Of a DNA stretch of 64,000 bases, positions 45,109 through 53,238 are shown one piece after another. Positions within the stretch are counted from its first letter, which is position 1. The number at the start of each line of letters is the position of its first letter. The stretch comes from an uncultured Mitsuokella sp. (GTDB taxonomy: Bacteria > Bacillota > Negativicutes > Selenomonadales > Selenomonadaceae): assembly GCA_945877355.1 (NCBI GenBank), contig CAMCRT010000002.1:3084-67083 (forward strand), in the 5' to 3' direction. The notes under the pieces were generated by a model. It searched no databases, was not told the DNA's origin, and worked only from the letters and a program-made list of their open reading frames with translations. Made by a program: the position numbers and the translations under genes.

Positions 45109-46398
45109 GTGCTCATTCGCTCTTTGTGCAGCGTGCTGCTCCTAGTGCTTTTGCTCGCAGGGGGCGGTGCGCCGGTCGAGGCGATGCGCATCGATGGGGT
45201 GGAGGCCACCGTATCCTCTGATGTGACGATCCCGCCTCTTGTAAAGAAACGCATGGAGGAAAGCGTCCAGGTCATTGGCGAGCAGCTCCTCCTGGGGAGG
45301 CGCACGGAGACCACGGACCCGGAAAAGATATCTGGCACCATCCACGATGTCTTTGACAAGGTGCTCGTGGGCTATAGCGTGGAGAGCGTGGATACGAAGC
45401 TGTCCAGCGATGCCCAGGTGGCTGTCCGCCTCATTCCCTGGGATGATGTGGTGCGCTCCGTGCAGGTGGAGACCACCGTCGAGGGGATGCCAACCGCCGT
45501 GGAGGCTCTCGTGCGGGAGGATGCCGGCGGCATCGATGAGGTGTTCCGCGAGGGGCTCGTCGGCCTTCCCGTCGCAGCGACGGACTGGACGAACGGGGTG
45601 CTCAAAAAGAGCCTCACCGCCTATCTGGAGAAAAATCTTCCAGAGTTTCGCGCGGACTTCGATGTGGAGACGGATGAGGTGGCCCATGTGCGCGTCACGC
45701 TTTATCCGCGCCTTCCCATCGTGCGCACGACAGATCTTTCCATGCGCTCCGACACCGTGCCGAACTTTGCACTGCTGGCCCACCGGGACATCATGCAAAG
45801 GGAAGTGGACTCCCTCGTGGGGGTCCCCGTCGCTTTTGTCCAACGCCACAGGGGGACCTTTGAAAGGCAGTTTGCCGATGCACTCGATGCCTTGCAAGAT
45901 TTCAGGGCCTTTGGCATGAGGACGACAGTGACCCTCAATCCCGCCGAGCGCATGACAGTCATGAGCCGGTCGGATTCCGAGCGGTTTCGCCTTCGTCTGA
46001 CGGGCTGGCTCGATATCGGCCGGAGTGAGGGAGAGCATCATAGGCGAGAGGAGGATCTCCTCTTCCGGCTCCATGGGGGCTGGATGCTTACGCCGAAGGA
46101 CGAGCTCTTCTACCAGGCCTATCTCTATCCCCAGGACATGGACTGGCGCACAGAGCTTGGCTATGGCAGAAGCCTCGGGCAGGGCGTGCGGGCAGAGGTC
46201 CGCTATGATTTCGAGTCCCATGGTCTCGATGGTGCCCTTTTCTATCGGTTTGCCCCCCAGTGGACGCTTCGTTACGAGTATCTGGATTACAGCCGGGAGC
46301 ACGAGGCAGCCATTCGCTATGACCTCCACGATTTCCTTGGGCTGGAGTACGTTCAGGGACAGGAGGGCGGATGGCTGCGCCTGATTGGAAATTTCTAG
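45109..46398 (+). CDS. Hypothetical secreted/outer-membrane protein (POTRA-like repeats plus beta-barrel-like C-terminus)
   Basis: Signal peptide MLIRSLCSVLLLVLLLAGGGAPVEA and repeated V.V.L.P...V modules. The C-terminal third has alternating aromatic/charged strands and ends ...WLRLIGNF, with a terminal Phe like BamA and TamB in this window. Confidence 0.55.
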   Translation: MLIRSLCSVLLLVLLLAGGGAPVEAMRIDGVEATVSSDVTIPPLVKKRMEESVQVIGEQLLLGRRTETTDPEKISGTIHDVFDKVLVGYSVESVDTKLSSDAQVAVRLIPWDDVVRSVQVETTVEGMPTAVEALVREDAGGIDEVFREGLVGLPVAATDWTNGVLKKSLTAYLEKNLPEFRADFDVETDEVAHVRVTLYPRLPIVRTTDLSMRSDTVPNFALLAHRDIMQREVDSLVGVPVAFVQRHRGTFERQFADALDALQDFRAFGMRTTVTLNPAERMTVMSRSDSERFRLRLTGWLDIGRSEGEHHRREEDLLFRLHGGWMLTPKDELFYQAYLYPQDMDWRTELGYGRSLGQGVRAEVRYDFESHGLDGALFYRFAPQWTLRYEYLDYSREHEAAIRYDLHDFLGLEYVQGQEGGWLRLIGNF

Positions 46399-46417
46399 CG
46401 GGAGGGAGAATCCACGC

Positions 46418-46446
46418 TTGAAAGAGCCTATCGTCTCTGCTATAAT
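46418..46446 (+). promoter_or_regulatory. Sigma-70-type promoter upstream of the skp genes
   Basis: TTGAAA (46418-46423), a 17-nt spacer, then TATAAT (46441-46446). Confidence 0.5.
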
Positions 46447-46538
46447 AAAAAAGTCTTTTCACGGTGAGGACGCTACGCCTGTGGCGCTCACGATTTATAG
46501 GACCCATCCTATTCGTATAAAAAGGAGAATAAAAGAAC

Positions 46539-47000
46539 ATGGTTCAGCTTCAGAAGAAACAGGTCAAGATCATCAGCGTGCTCATCGCACTTGTCTTCAT
46601 CGGCTCTGTGGTGGCTCTTGCCCTCACCCAGTCCGGCACTGGCATCGCAAATGCAGCCAGCTCCTCCGTCGGCGTTGTGGACTATCGCCAGATTGCCCAG
46701 CAGCACCCGCAGCTCCAGAGCGCAAATGCTGAGTTCCAGAAGGCTGTGCAGGACGCTCAGAAGGAGTTCGAGCAGAAGTCCGCGAACATGAGCGACCAGG
46801 AGAAGGCTGACTACTACCAGCAGACCCAGCAGCGTCTCCAGCAGAAGAACCAGGAGCTCATGGATCCCATCAAGGAGAGCATCGACGAGGCCATCAAGAA
46901 GACGGCTGAGGCCAAGGGCCTTTCCGTCGTCATCGACAAGTCCGCTGTTGCCTACGGTGGCACGGACATCACCCAGGATGTTGTCAGCAAGCTGAAGTAA
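46539..47000 (+). CDS. OmpH/Skp-family periplasmic chaperone
   Basis: 153 aa with a signal sequence, VGVVDYRQIAQQHPQ..., a Q/E/K-rich coiled-coil arm and the C-terminal DITQDVVSKLK typical of OmpH. Confidence 0.8.
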   Translation: MVQLQKKQVKIISVLIALVFIGSVVALALTQSGTGIANAASSSVGVVDYRQIAQQHPQLQSANAEFQKAVQDAQKEFEQKSANMSDQEKADYYQQTQQRLQQKNQELMDPIKESIDEAIKKTAEAKGLSVVIDKSAVAYGGTDITQDVVSKLK

Positions 47001-47080
47001 GACGCACACCCATACAAACACGAAGTACCGAGCCGGCTTTCGGCTCGGTACTTCCTTGTACATAGGAGAGGAGGAGGGCT

Positions 47081-48199
47081 GTGGCAGAGGAAAAGGCGCA
47101 GAAAAGCGCTAGGAAACGCCGGATCGCAGTCGGTGCTGCGGCAGCTGTCCTCCTGGTCCTCCTGGGGACGACGCTCTTTCGCTATGCCCTGCACACGGCT
47201 GCGCCGAAGGAGGAGGCGGCACAGGCCGCCTCCATGGGCACCATCGACATGGAAAAAGTCATAAGAGCCCATCCCCTTTATGAAAAGCTCGCAGCCCTTC
47301 GGGCGGAGCGGGACGCACTTGCCCGCTCTGCCAAGGAGAAGGGAGAAGCCTGGAACGTCCAGCCGCCCGCCCTTGAAAGCGAGCCCTTCGACGACTCTGT
47401 CTGGCAGAAGCACGCCCAGGACCTCATAGAGGAGCGCACTTCCATCGAGCGGGAGAGAAGCGCCCTTTCCGAGGCCTACAAAAAGGAGCACGGAGAGGAA
47501 TTTCGCGCCCGCAGCGAGTCCGTTGACCAGGAGTACCTCAATGCGATTCTCAACATCAATCTGAAGCTCGACAACCAGAAAGCCATGCACCATCCCTGGG
47601 AGAAGCAGGAGGTGCTGGAAAAAGAACGGGCTGAATGGGAAGCAGAGCTGGAAGCCATCAAAAAGGAGCGGGGCGAGCGGCAGGCCCAGCTCCAGGCGGA
47701 GTGGGAGCAGGAAGTCAGGGACTATGTGAACAAGGCCCTCGCGCCAAAGCTCGCCGCCTGGAAGGAGCACCTTTCCTCTGCAACAGAACAGGAGAAGGCA
47801 GCGGCACTGGCAAAGCAGTCTGCTGCCGATGCGCGAAATGCAGAGGCTATGGAAAGCGCCATGAAGGCCATCGACGCAAATACCCAGAAAAGTGCCCAGG
47901 AGCTCCTTTGGAAAAAGGAGCAGGAAGTGAAGAGCCTCGAAAGCCGCATCGCAAATGACGTGCGGGGCCGGGCGGCAAAGCTCGCCATCCTCCACCACCT
48001 GACGCTCATCCTTGCAAGCCCCTTGGAAGGGCTGGACGGGAAGCTGCCGACCCTTGAGGGGGCTCAGGGCATCCTTTCCCCAGAGCGGTTCAAGACCGTC
48101 CTCCCTGTAGATGCCATGGATCTGACGGATGAGATGGTGGAGGAGATGAAGACGCTTCCCCCGGCAGAGGAAGCGGGGGGCGAAAATACCCCATCCTGA
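47081..48199 (+). CDS. Membrane-anchored coiled-coil protein with an OmpH-like N-terminal motif
   Basis: 372 aa with a TM (VGAAAAVLLVLLGTTLF), then MGTIDMEKVIRAHPLYEKL (OmpH-like start) and long E/K/A/Q-rich helices. GTG start. Confidence 0.5.
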   Translation: MAEEKAQKSARKRRIAVGAAAAVLLVLLGTTLFRYALHTAAPKEEAAQAASMGTIDMEKVIRAHPLYEKLAALRAERDALARSAKEKGEAWNVQPPALESEPFDDSVWQKHAQDLIEERTSIERERSALSEAYKKEHGEEFRARSESVDQEYLNAILNINLKLDNQKAMHHPWEKQEVLEKERAEWEAELEAIKKERGERQAQLQAEWEQEVRDYVNKALAPKLAAWKEHLSSATEQEKAAALAKQSAADARNAEAMESAMKAIDANTQKSAQELLWKKEQEVKSLESRIANDVRGRAAKLAILHHLTLILASPLEGLDGKLPTLEGAQGILSPERFKTVLPVDAMDLTDEMVEEMKTLPPAEEAGGENTPS

Positions 48200-48235
48200 A
48201 GCAAGCAATCATTTTTAGAAAGAAGCGATATTACC

Positions 48236-48673
48236 ATGAAATCACGGAAAAAAACAGCGGCCCTCGTCCTTGCGGCACTCAGCCTAACCCTCGCCGTCTC
48301 CGGCTGCGGGAAGGTCAAGGTGGGCTATGTGGACGAGTCCCGTCTCGTGCAGGAGGCTCCCCAGATCAAGTCCCTCGTGGATGAGGGTAATGCAAAGATC
48401 AACGAGGAGATCCAGAATGCCCAGAAGGCCCAGCAGGATAATCCGAACATGAGCCAGGAGGATGCCCAGAAGGCGCAGATGGAATCCCAGCGCAAGATCC
48501 AGTCCCTCAACCAGTCCTACAGCCTCCAGATGCAGCAGAAGGCGGACGTGGCCTATCGGGAGATCCTGACGGAGAAGAAGCTCGACGTGCTGCTGAAGAG
48601 CGACAAGAATGAGCCCACGTCCTTCTATGGCTCGACGGACGTGACGGATGATGTCATCCAGAAGCTCCAGTGA
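48236..48673 (+). CDS. OmpH/Skp-family chaperone, lipoprotein form
   Basis: 145 aa with lipobox LAVSGCG, VGYVDESRLVQEAPQ..., a coiled-coil arm and DVTDDVIQKLQ. Confidence 0.8.
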   Translation: MKSRKKTAALVLAALSLTLAVSGCGKVKVGYVDESRLVQEAPQIKSLVDEGNAKINEEIQNAQKAQQDNPNMSQEDAQKAQMESQRKIQSLNQSYSLQMQQKADVAYREILTEKKLDVLLKSDKNEPTSFYGSTDVTDDVIQKLQ

Positions 48674-48686
48674 GGAGGCACACCCG

Positions 48687-49715
48687 ATGAAAAAGAAACT
48701 GTCTGAAATCGCAGACTTCCTGGGCGCCCGCCTCGTGGGCGACGGCGATACCCTCATAGAAGGCCTTGGCAATATCGACGGGGCAGGGGAGCACGATCTC
48801 ATCTTTGCCGTGGAGCCCCATATCGAGGCGGCAAAGGAAAGCCCTGCCGCAGCTGTCATGCTCCCAGAGGGCATCGAGGGCTTCCAAAAGCCTGTCATCT
48901 ATGTGGAGGATCCCCGGGCCTCCTTTGCAAAGCTATTGGCCCTCTTTACGCCGAAGCTCTCCATCCCGGAGGGCGTCAGCGATCGGGCCTATATCGGCAG
49001 GGATGTGAAGCTGGGCAAGAATGTGCGCATCCTGCCGCTCGCCGTCGTGGACGACCATGCGGTCATCGGCGATAACGTGACCCTCTATCCTCACACGTAC
49101 ATCGGACAGTTCGCCGAGGTGGGTGACGACACGACCATCTACTCCGGCGCCACCGTGCGGGAGTACTGCCGGGTGGGCAAGCGATGCACTATCCATTCCT
49201 CCGCCGTCATCGGCTCCGATGGCTTCGGCTTCACCACGAAGGACGGCGTCCATACGAAGGTGCCCCAGGTGGGCAATGTGGTCATAGAGGACGACGTGGA
49301 AATCGGCGCCGTCGATGGCATCGATCGGGCAGCCATGGGCTCCACCGTCATCGGCCACGGCACGAAGATGGATAACCAGGTCCACATCGGCCACAACTGC
49401 AAGATCGGCCCCAACTGCCTCGTGGTGGCCCAGGTGGGCATCTCCGGCTCCACGACGGTCGGCCACAATGTCACCTTCGGCGGCCAGAGCGCGACGGTGG
49501 GCCATATCACCGTGGGGGCGAACTCTGTCTACGGCGGCCGCTCTGGCATCATCGGCGACATGCCCGAGGGGTTCTTCGGTGCCGGCTTTCCGGTGCAGAG
49601 CCACGCCAGCTGGCTTCGGATGCAGGCGGCCATGAAGCACCTGCCGGATCTTTTGAAGAAGGTCAAGCGCCTCGAAAAGCAGCTGGCAAAGTACGAAGCA
49701 GGCGAGAAAGGCTGA
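48687..49715 (+). CDS. lpxD: UDP-3-O-acylglucosamine N-acyltransferase
   Basis: MKKKLSEIADFLGARLVGDGD... followed by a hexapeptide-repeat left-handed beta-helix and a C-terminal helix. Confidence 0.92.
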   Translation: MKKKLSEIADFLGARLVGDGDTLIEGLGNIDGAGEHDLIFAVEPHIEAAKESPAAAVMLPEGIEGFQKPVIYVEDPRASFAKLLALFTPKLSIPEGVSDRAYIGRDVKLGKNVRILPLAVVDDHAVIGDNVTLYPHTYIGQFAEVGDDTTIYSGATVREYCRVGKRCTIHSSAVIGSDGFGFTTKDGVHTKVPQVGNVVIEDDVEIGAVDGIDRAAMGSTVIGHGTKMDNQVHIGHNCKIGPNCLVVAQVGISGSTTVGHNVTFGGQSATVGHITVGANSVYGGRSGIIGDMPEGFFGAGFPVQSHASWLRMQAAMKHLPDLLKKVKRLEKQLAKYEAGEKG

Positions 49716-49722
49716 AAAGCTT

Positions 49723-50586
49723 ATGGCATACTATCTCCTAAAGGCGCTCAGCGCCTTTTTCTGTATTCTGCCCCGCGGTGCAGCCGATGCCATCGGCAGG
49801 GCCCTCGGCGCCCTGTGCTGGCCTCTCGTGCCGAAAAAGAGGAAGCAGCTGGCCTTCGACCAGATAAAAAAATGCCTCGGCGTATCGGACGAAGAGGCCT
49901 GGCGCATCGCCCGTGCCTCCTCCGTGCGCTTCGGCCCCATGCTCGTGGAGGTGCTGCGCTTTCCTCTCATCCGTAGGCATCCCGAGCGCTACGTGCGCAT
50001 CGAGAACATGGCCCCCCTGCAGGAGGCCATGAAGGACGGAAAGGGCTGCGTCATCGCCGCCTCCCATAGCGGCAACTGGGAGCTCATGGGAGGCGCCTTT
50101 GCCATGGCAGGCATCCCGCTCGTCGGGGTCGCCATGAAGCAGAAGGGGGCAGCGGACCGCTTCATCAACGAGTATCGCACCCTCATCGGCATGCACATCA
50201 CCTACAAGACCGGCGTCCGGGAGATGTTCCAGATGCTGAAGGAAGGCTACGCCATCGGTCTCATCATGGACCAGGACACAAACAAGCACGACGGACTCGT
50301 GCTGGACTTCTTCGACCAGCCCACAAACTGCGTCCCCGGCGCTGCCTCCATGGCAAGATTTTCTGGCGTCCCGATTTTTACATCCTTCATGCACCGGGAT
50401 GAAAAGGGCTTCCACACCCTTGTGGTAGGTGGGCCCTGGTATGTGGAAAAGACGAAGGATAAAAAGGAAGACATCCGCACCATGACCCAGCAGCTCACGA
50501 AAGCCATAGAGGCTCACGTGCGCAAATATCCCGAAGAATGGTTCTGGCTCCACGACCGCTGGAAATCCATTCGGGAAGAATTTTAA
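49723..50586 (+). CDS. Lipid A biosynthesis (lauroyl/Kdo2-lipid IVA) acyltransferase family protein
   Basis: 287 aa of the LPLAT/HtrB type, with an HSGNWE catalytic motif and ...PEEWFWLHDRWK at the C-terminus. Confidence 0.8.
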   Translation: MAYYLLKALSAFFCILPRGAADAIGRALGALCWPLVPKKRKQLAFDQIKKCLGVSDEEAWRIARASSVRFGPMLVEVLRFPLIRRHPERYVRIENMAPLQEAMKDGKGCVIAASHSGNWELMGGAFAMAGIPLVGVAMKQKGAADRFINEYRTLIGMHITYKTGVREMFQMLKEGYAIGLIMDQDTNKHDGLVLDFFDQPTNCVPGAASMARFSGVPIFTSFMHRDEKGFHTLVVGGPWYVEKTKDKKEDIRTMTQQLTKAIEAHVRKYPEEWFWLHDRWKSIREEF

Positions 50587-50849
50587 AATGGTAAAGTTTA
50601 GATACCATTGAATATAGTCATGATATGTTCTGTTTATAATGGATTTACAAGAACAAATCACGATAATTTATTTTTTCATGCAGGAGTTTTGTGTTTTTTT
50701 CCTAGAATATATTCCTAAAATATATCTGTAAAGAATTTATACTGAAAAATATGTTTGCGATATGGGTGTTGTAGTAGCGTATTCTAATGTAATACTACAC
50801 AAATTCATATGTACATGCTTATGGGGATAGTATAAGGAGTTGATTTATC

Positions 50850-51215
50850 ATGCCGAGAAAGGTATTGGTATCATTGTTTGTGCTAGGTGTATTATTTTCA
50901 GGTATTACAGGTATTATCGGTACAGAAAAAACAGTCATATCAACCGCACAGGCATCGGGTGTTATGGTTTATAGCGATTCTAGATTCATAGTGGAAGTAG
51001 AAAATATTTATAGGAAGTCCGTTGTTAATATTGATACGGATGTTACATTTACGGTTCTCAGAGACTATTCTGTTCAAGAAACTCATTATGAATTTCTCAA
51101 AAAGGATGGCACGTGGCTATATCGTACGCATTTAGTCTCCTATGCTCCGTGGGCACCAGTATCTCATAATAATATAGCACAAGCTATTTTTGATTATGCC
51201 TATTATAATTCTTGA
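50850..51215 (+). CDS. Hypothetical small secreted/membrane-anchored protein
   Basis: 121 aa with an AGGAG RBS 8 nt upstream and an N-terminal hydrophobic signal-like segment (VLVSLFVLGVLFSGITGIIG...AQA). AT-rich codon usage and no recognisable motif. Confidence 0.45.
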   Translation: MPRKVLVSLFVLGVLFSGITGIIGTEKTVISTAQASGVMVYSDSRFIVEVENIYRKSVVNIDTDVTFTVLRDYSVQETHYEFLKKDGTWLYRTHLVSYAPWAPVSHNNIAQAIFDYAYYNS

Positions 51216-51371
51216 TATTTTTAATGGACAATCCCTCCATGAAATTTGAAATTCAAACCTATAGTAAGGCACAGAAGATATTCTTTTACTTGCTTTTTGC
51301 GACCCTCTAGATCAAATTGTGCTTTGTCTTTGATGACCGGGAACATGAGCTGTTTAAAGCAGGTGACTGTA

Positions 51372-51707
51372 ATGTTTCAGATACCACTGAATATTGTCAT
51401 GACATATCCTGTTCATTGGCAAGAATATGAAATACTGAGAGATTTTATTCAGAATTTCTATGACTCAGTCAGCAAAGAAGAATGGCAGGAAAGATTCCAT
51501 CATGAGTATAGCAGTCATACAATTAGAATGTGGGTGGAGAATGTCACATTCAGCTATGAGTGGCTATTGCATATCGGGGCTTCGACAAAGACGGGGAATT
51601 CTGCCGAAAATGCCGGATATTTTGGAGAGGGCTTTAAGATAGCTTCCCTTTGTGCTTTTCGTGATAGGCACTGGGGGTATCCATGGCCTCTGGGAATTGG
51701 CATTTGA
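51372..51707 (+). CDS. N-terminal fragment of a GHKL (MORC/Hsp90-like) ATPase-fold protein, frame-disrupted
   Basis: ATG at 51372 after AGGTGA. It has a Bergerat N-box-like EILRDFIQNFYDS and HIGASTK...GYFGEGFKIASL (G2-box pattern). The frame ends 30 nt after a G5 tract, and the next ORF continues in the -1 frame. Confidence 0.5.
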   Translation: MFQIPLNIVMTYPVHWQEYEILRDFIQNFYDSVSKEEWQERFHHEYSSHTIRMWVENVTFSYEWLLHIGASTKTGNSAENAGYFGEGFKIASLCAFRDRHWGYPWPLGIGI

Positions 51708-52894
51708 ATGTCATACAGATCGATAAAACGATTGATGACACTACGGTAAAAATGCTGGCCTATGAGGTGAAGGAAAAGAAAGCCGTCTCCGAGGAAAGCG
51801 TACTCGAACTATCCAATGTAGATGAATATAGCTATAAGCTGTTTCAGGAAGTGCTTCTCGGCTTTTTTCATCCCCATAATGCGCTGTTTGGAAAAAAAAT
51901 CTGGGAGAATCGTTATGCCGCGATTTACGAGAGAAGCAAAAGCAAATATCCGTCGAGCCTTCCTGTGACAAGTGAGTATGGCACTTCCGGCCTCATATAT
52001 TGCGGTTATCAGCTGATGGGCACCCATCCCTTTGGATGTGTGCTTTGCCTGCATAATTACAAGAAAGAAGACAGGGAGCGAAGCGCTCTTTATACGTTTC
52101 AGGTCATAGATGTCGTCGCGAGCATCGCCTATCAGACAAACGCCATCGGGGCTATGTTCTTGCTGGAGAAGATGCGCCGGTACTGGAATTCCTATCCGAC
52201 GAGAAAGATAGATATACATACCTGGAGCTATGTTGTAGATACCCTGATTGAGGTTGTCGCAGCTGATCGTACTGTGGCGACAAAGTTCCGCAAGAAATAT
52301 CCAAATATATTGTGCCTCTACCCGGTGCGTACAATTCATGATCGCAATCAGCGTTCGCAGGCGAGAAGCTGGCTGAGCGAACAATTTGACAAATACATCC
52401 TTGCTAAGGGAACCTTCGAAAAACTAGGGTATGCTTCATTGGAGCAGGTATGTGCGGCGCATAATGGATTTGTCAGGGATGATGAGGTTACGGAGCCCAA
52501 GGACAAGCAATATTTTAAGATCTTAAAGGATGTTGTACAGAAAATCTATGAAAACTTCTTTTTGCAAGACAAATGGCCGGAATATAAGCTTATAACAAAT
52601 GAGCGGGCCGTATATAATGGCATGGCTGTCGTGTACAAACGCAAGGAAAGGAAGCTCAATCTGTCGGGACTATATATCCGCTATGACATTGGGGCCCTGT
52701 ATCTGAAGACAACACTGCTAGCCAAAGACAGATATCACTCCGCACTCTCGACCTTCATCCATGAGCTTTGCCACATGTTCGGTGGGGAGGCTTCCGCTTC
52801 TTTTGCACAGGGGCTGACCTATGCAATGGAAATCCTTTTGGAACATACGGAAGAAATCGAGGCAGGGAAGAAACAATGGGAAAGCGTCTCATGA
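51683..52894 (+). CDS. C-terminal part of the same protein, carrying an HExxH motif
   Basis: 403-aa ORF that overlaps the previous one by 25 nt in another frame. Near the C-terminus is FIHELCHMFGGE...AMEILLEH, a gluzincin-like pattern of HExxH plus a downstream Glu. I recognise no other family. Confidence 0.55.
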   Translation: MASGNWHLNVIQIDKTIDDTTVKMLAYEVKEKKAVSEESVLELSNVDEYSYKLFQEVLLGFFHPHNALFGKKIWENRYAAIYERSKSKYPSSLPVTSEYGTSGLIYCGYQLMGTHPFGCVLCLHNYKKEDRERSALYTFQVIDVVASIAYQTNAIGAMFLLEKMRRYWNSYPTRKIDIHTWSYVVDTLIEVVAADRTVATKFRKKYPNILCLYPVRTIHDRNQRSQARSWLSEQFDKYILAKGTFEKLGYASLEQVCAAHNGFVRDDEVTEPKDKQYFKILKDVVQKIYENFFLQDKWPEYKLITNERAVYNGMAVVYKRKERKLNLSGLYIRYDIGALYLKTTLLAKDRYHSALSTFIHELCHMFGGEASASFAQGLTYAMEILLEHTEEIEAGKKQWESVS

Positions 52895-52946
52895 ATGTAT
52901 CACTTTCATAGGATGTCTTGCTTTAAACAACGGAACAGAATATATA

Positions 52947-52990
52947 TGAAAAAGGCTATGAAGAAGGATGACCTGTTTCTTCATAGCCTT
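52947..52990 (-). terminator. Terminator downstream of tRNA-Gly (minus strand)
   Basis: 14-bp stem 52952-52965/52977-52990. The A-run on the plus strand 5' of it gives a T-run on the minus strand. No T-run follows it on the plus strand. Confidence 0.6.
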
Positions 52991-53002
52991 AAACTGTCAT
53001 AA

Positions 53003-53076
53003 TGGAGCGGGCAATGGGAATCGAACCCACCTCTAAAGCTTGGGAAGCTTTCATTCTACCGATGAACTATGCCCGC
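53003..53076 (-). tRNA. tRNA-Gly (anticodon CCC)
   Basis: The reverse complement GCGGGCAUAGUUCAUCGGUAGAAUGAAAGCUUCCCAAGCUUUAGAGGUGGGUUCGAUUCCCAUUGCCCGCUCCA folds as a cloverleaf: a 7-bp acceptor stem, anticodon stem AAAGC/GCUUU with loop UUCCCAA, T-loop UUCGAUU, discriminator U and an encoded CCA. Confidence 0.93.
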
Positions 53077-53094
53077 ATGGCGTTAACAGAAGAA

Positions 53095-53123
53095 ATTATA
53101 GCATGATGTGCAATGATTTGCAA
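53095..53123 (-). promoter_or_regulatory. Promoter of tRNA-Gly
   Basis: On the minus strand: TTGCAA, a 17-nt spacer, then TATAAT, ending about 18 nt upstream of the mature tRNA 5' end. Confidence 0.55.
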
Positions 53124-53238
53124 GAAAAATTTCCAAGATAAACAAATGAAGCGAGCGTTTGGGGTGTATTGCTTCTTGATTTCCTACAATTTTCCAGTAT
53201 AATGGAAGTAGAATATATTATCGGATGGGGGTGGCAGC

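Noticed and set aside
51246-51371. The track ORF starts at 51246 (MKFKPIVRHRRYSF...) for the GHKL-like gene.
   Set aside because: The upstream 42 codons are basic and hydrophobic with no RBS. The ATG at 51372 has an AGGTGA RBS, and the recognisable fold begins right after it.
50587-53002. Looked for an integrase, attL/attR direct repeats of the tRNA-Gly 3' end, or IS inverted repeats bounding the islet.
   Set aside because: None was found by eye, so I do not call it a defined mobile element, only a compositionally atypical islet.
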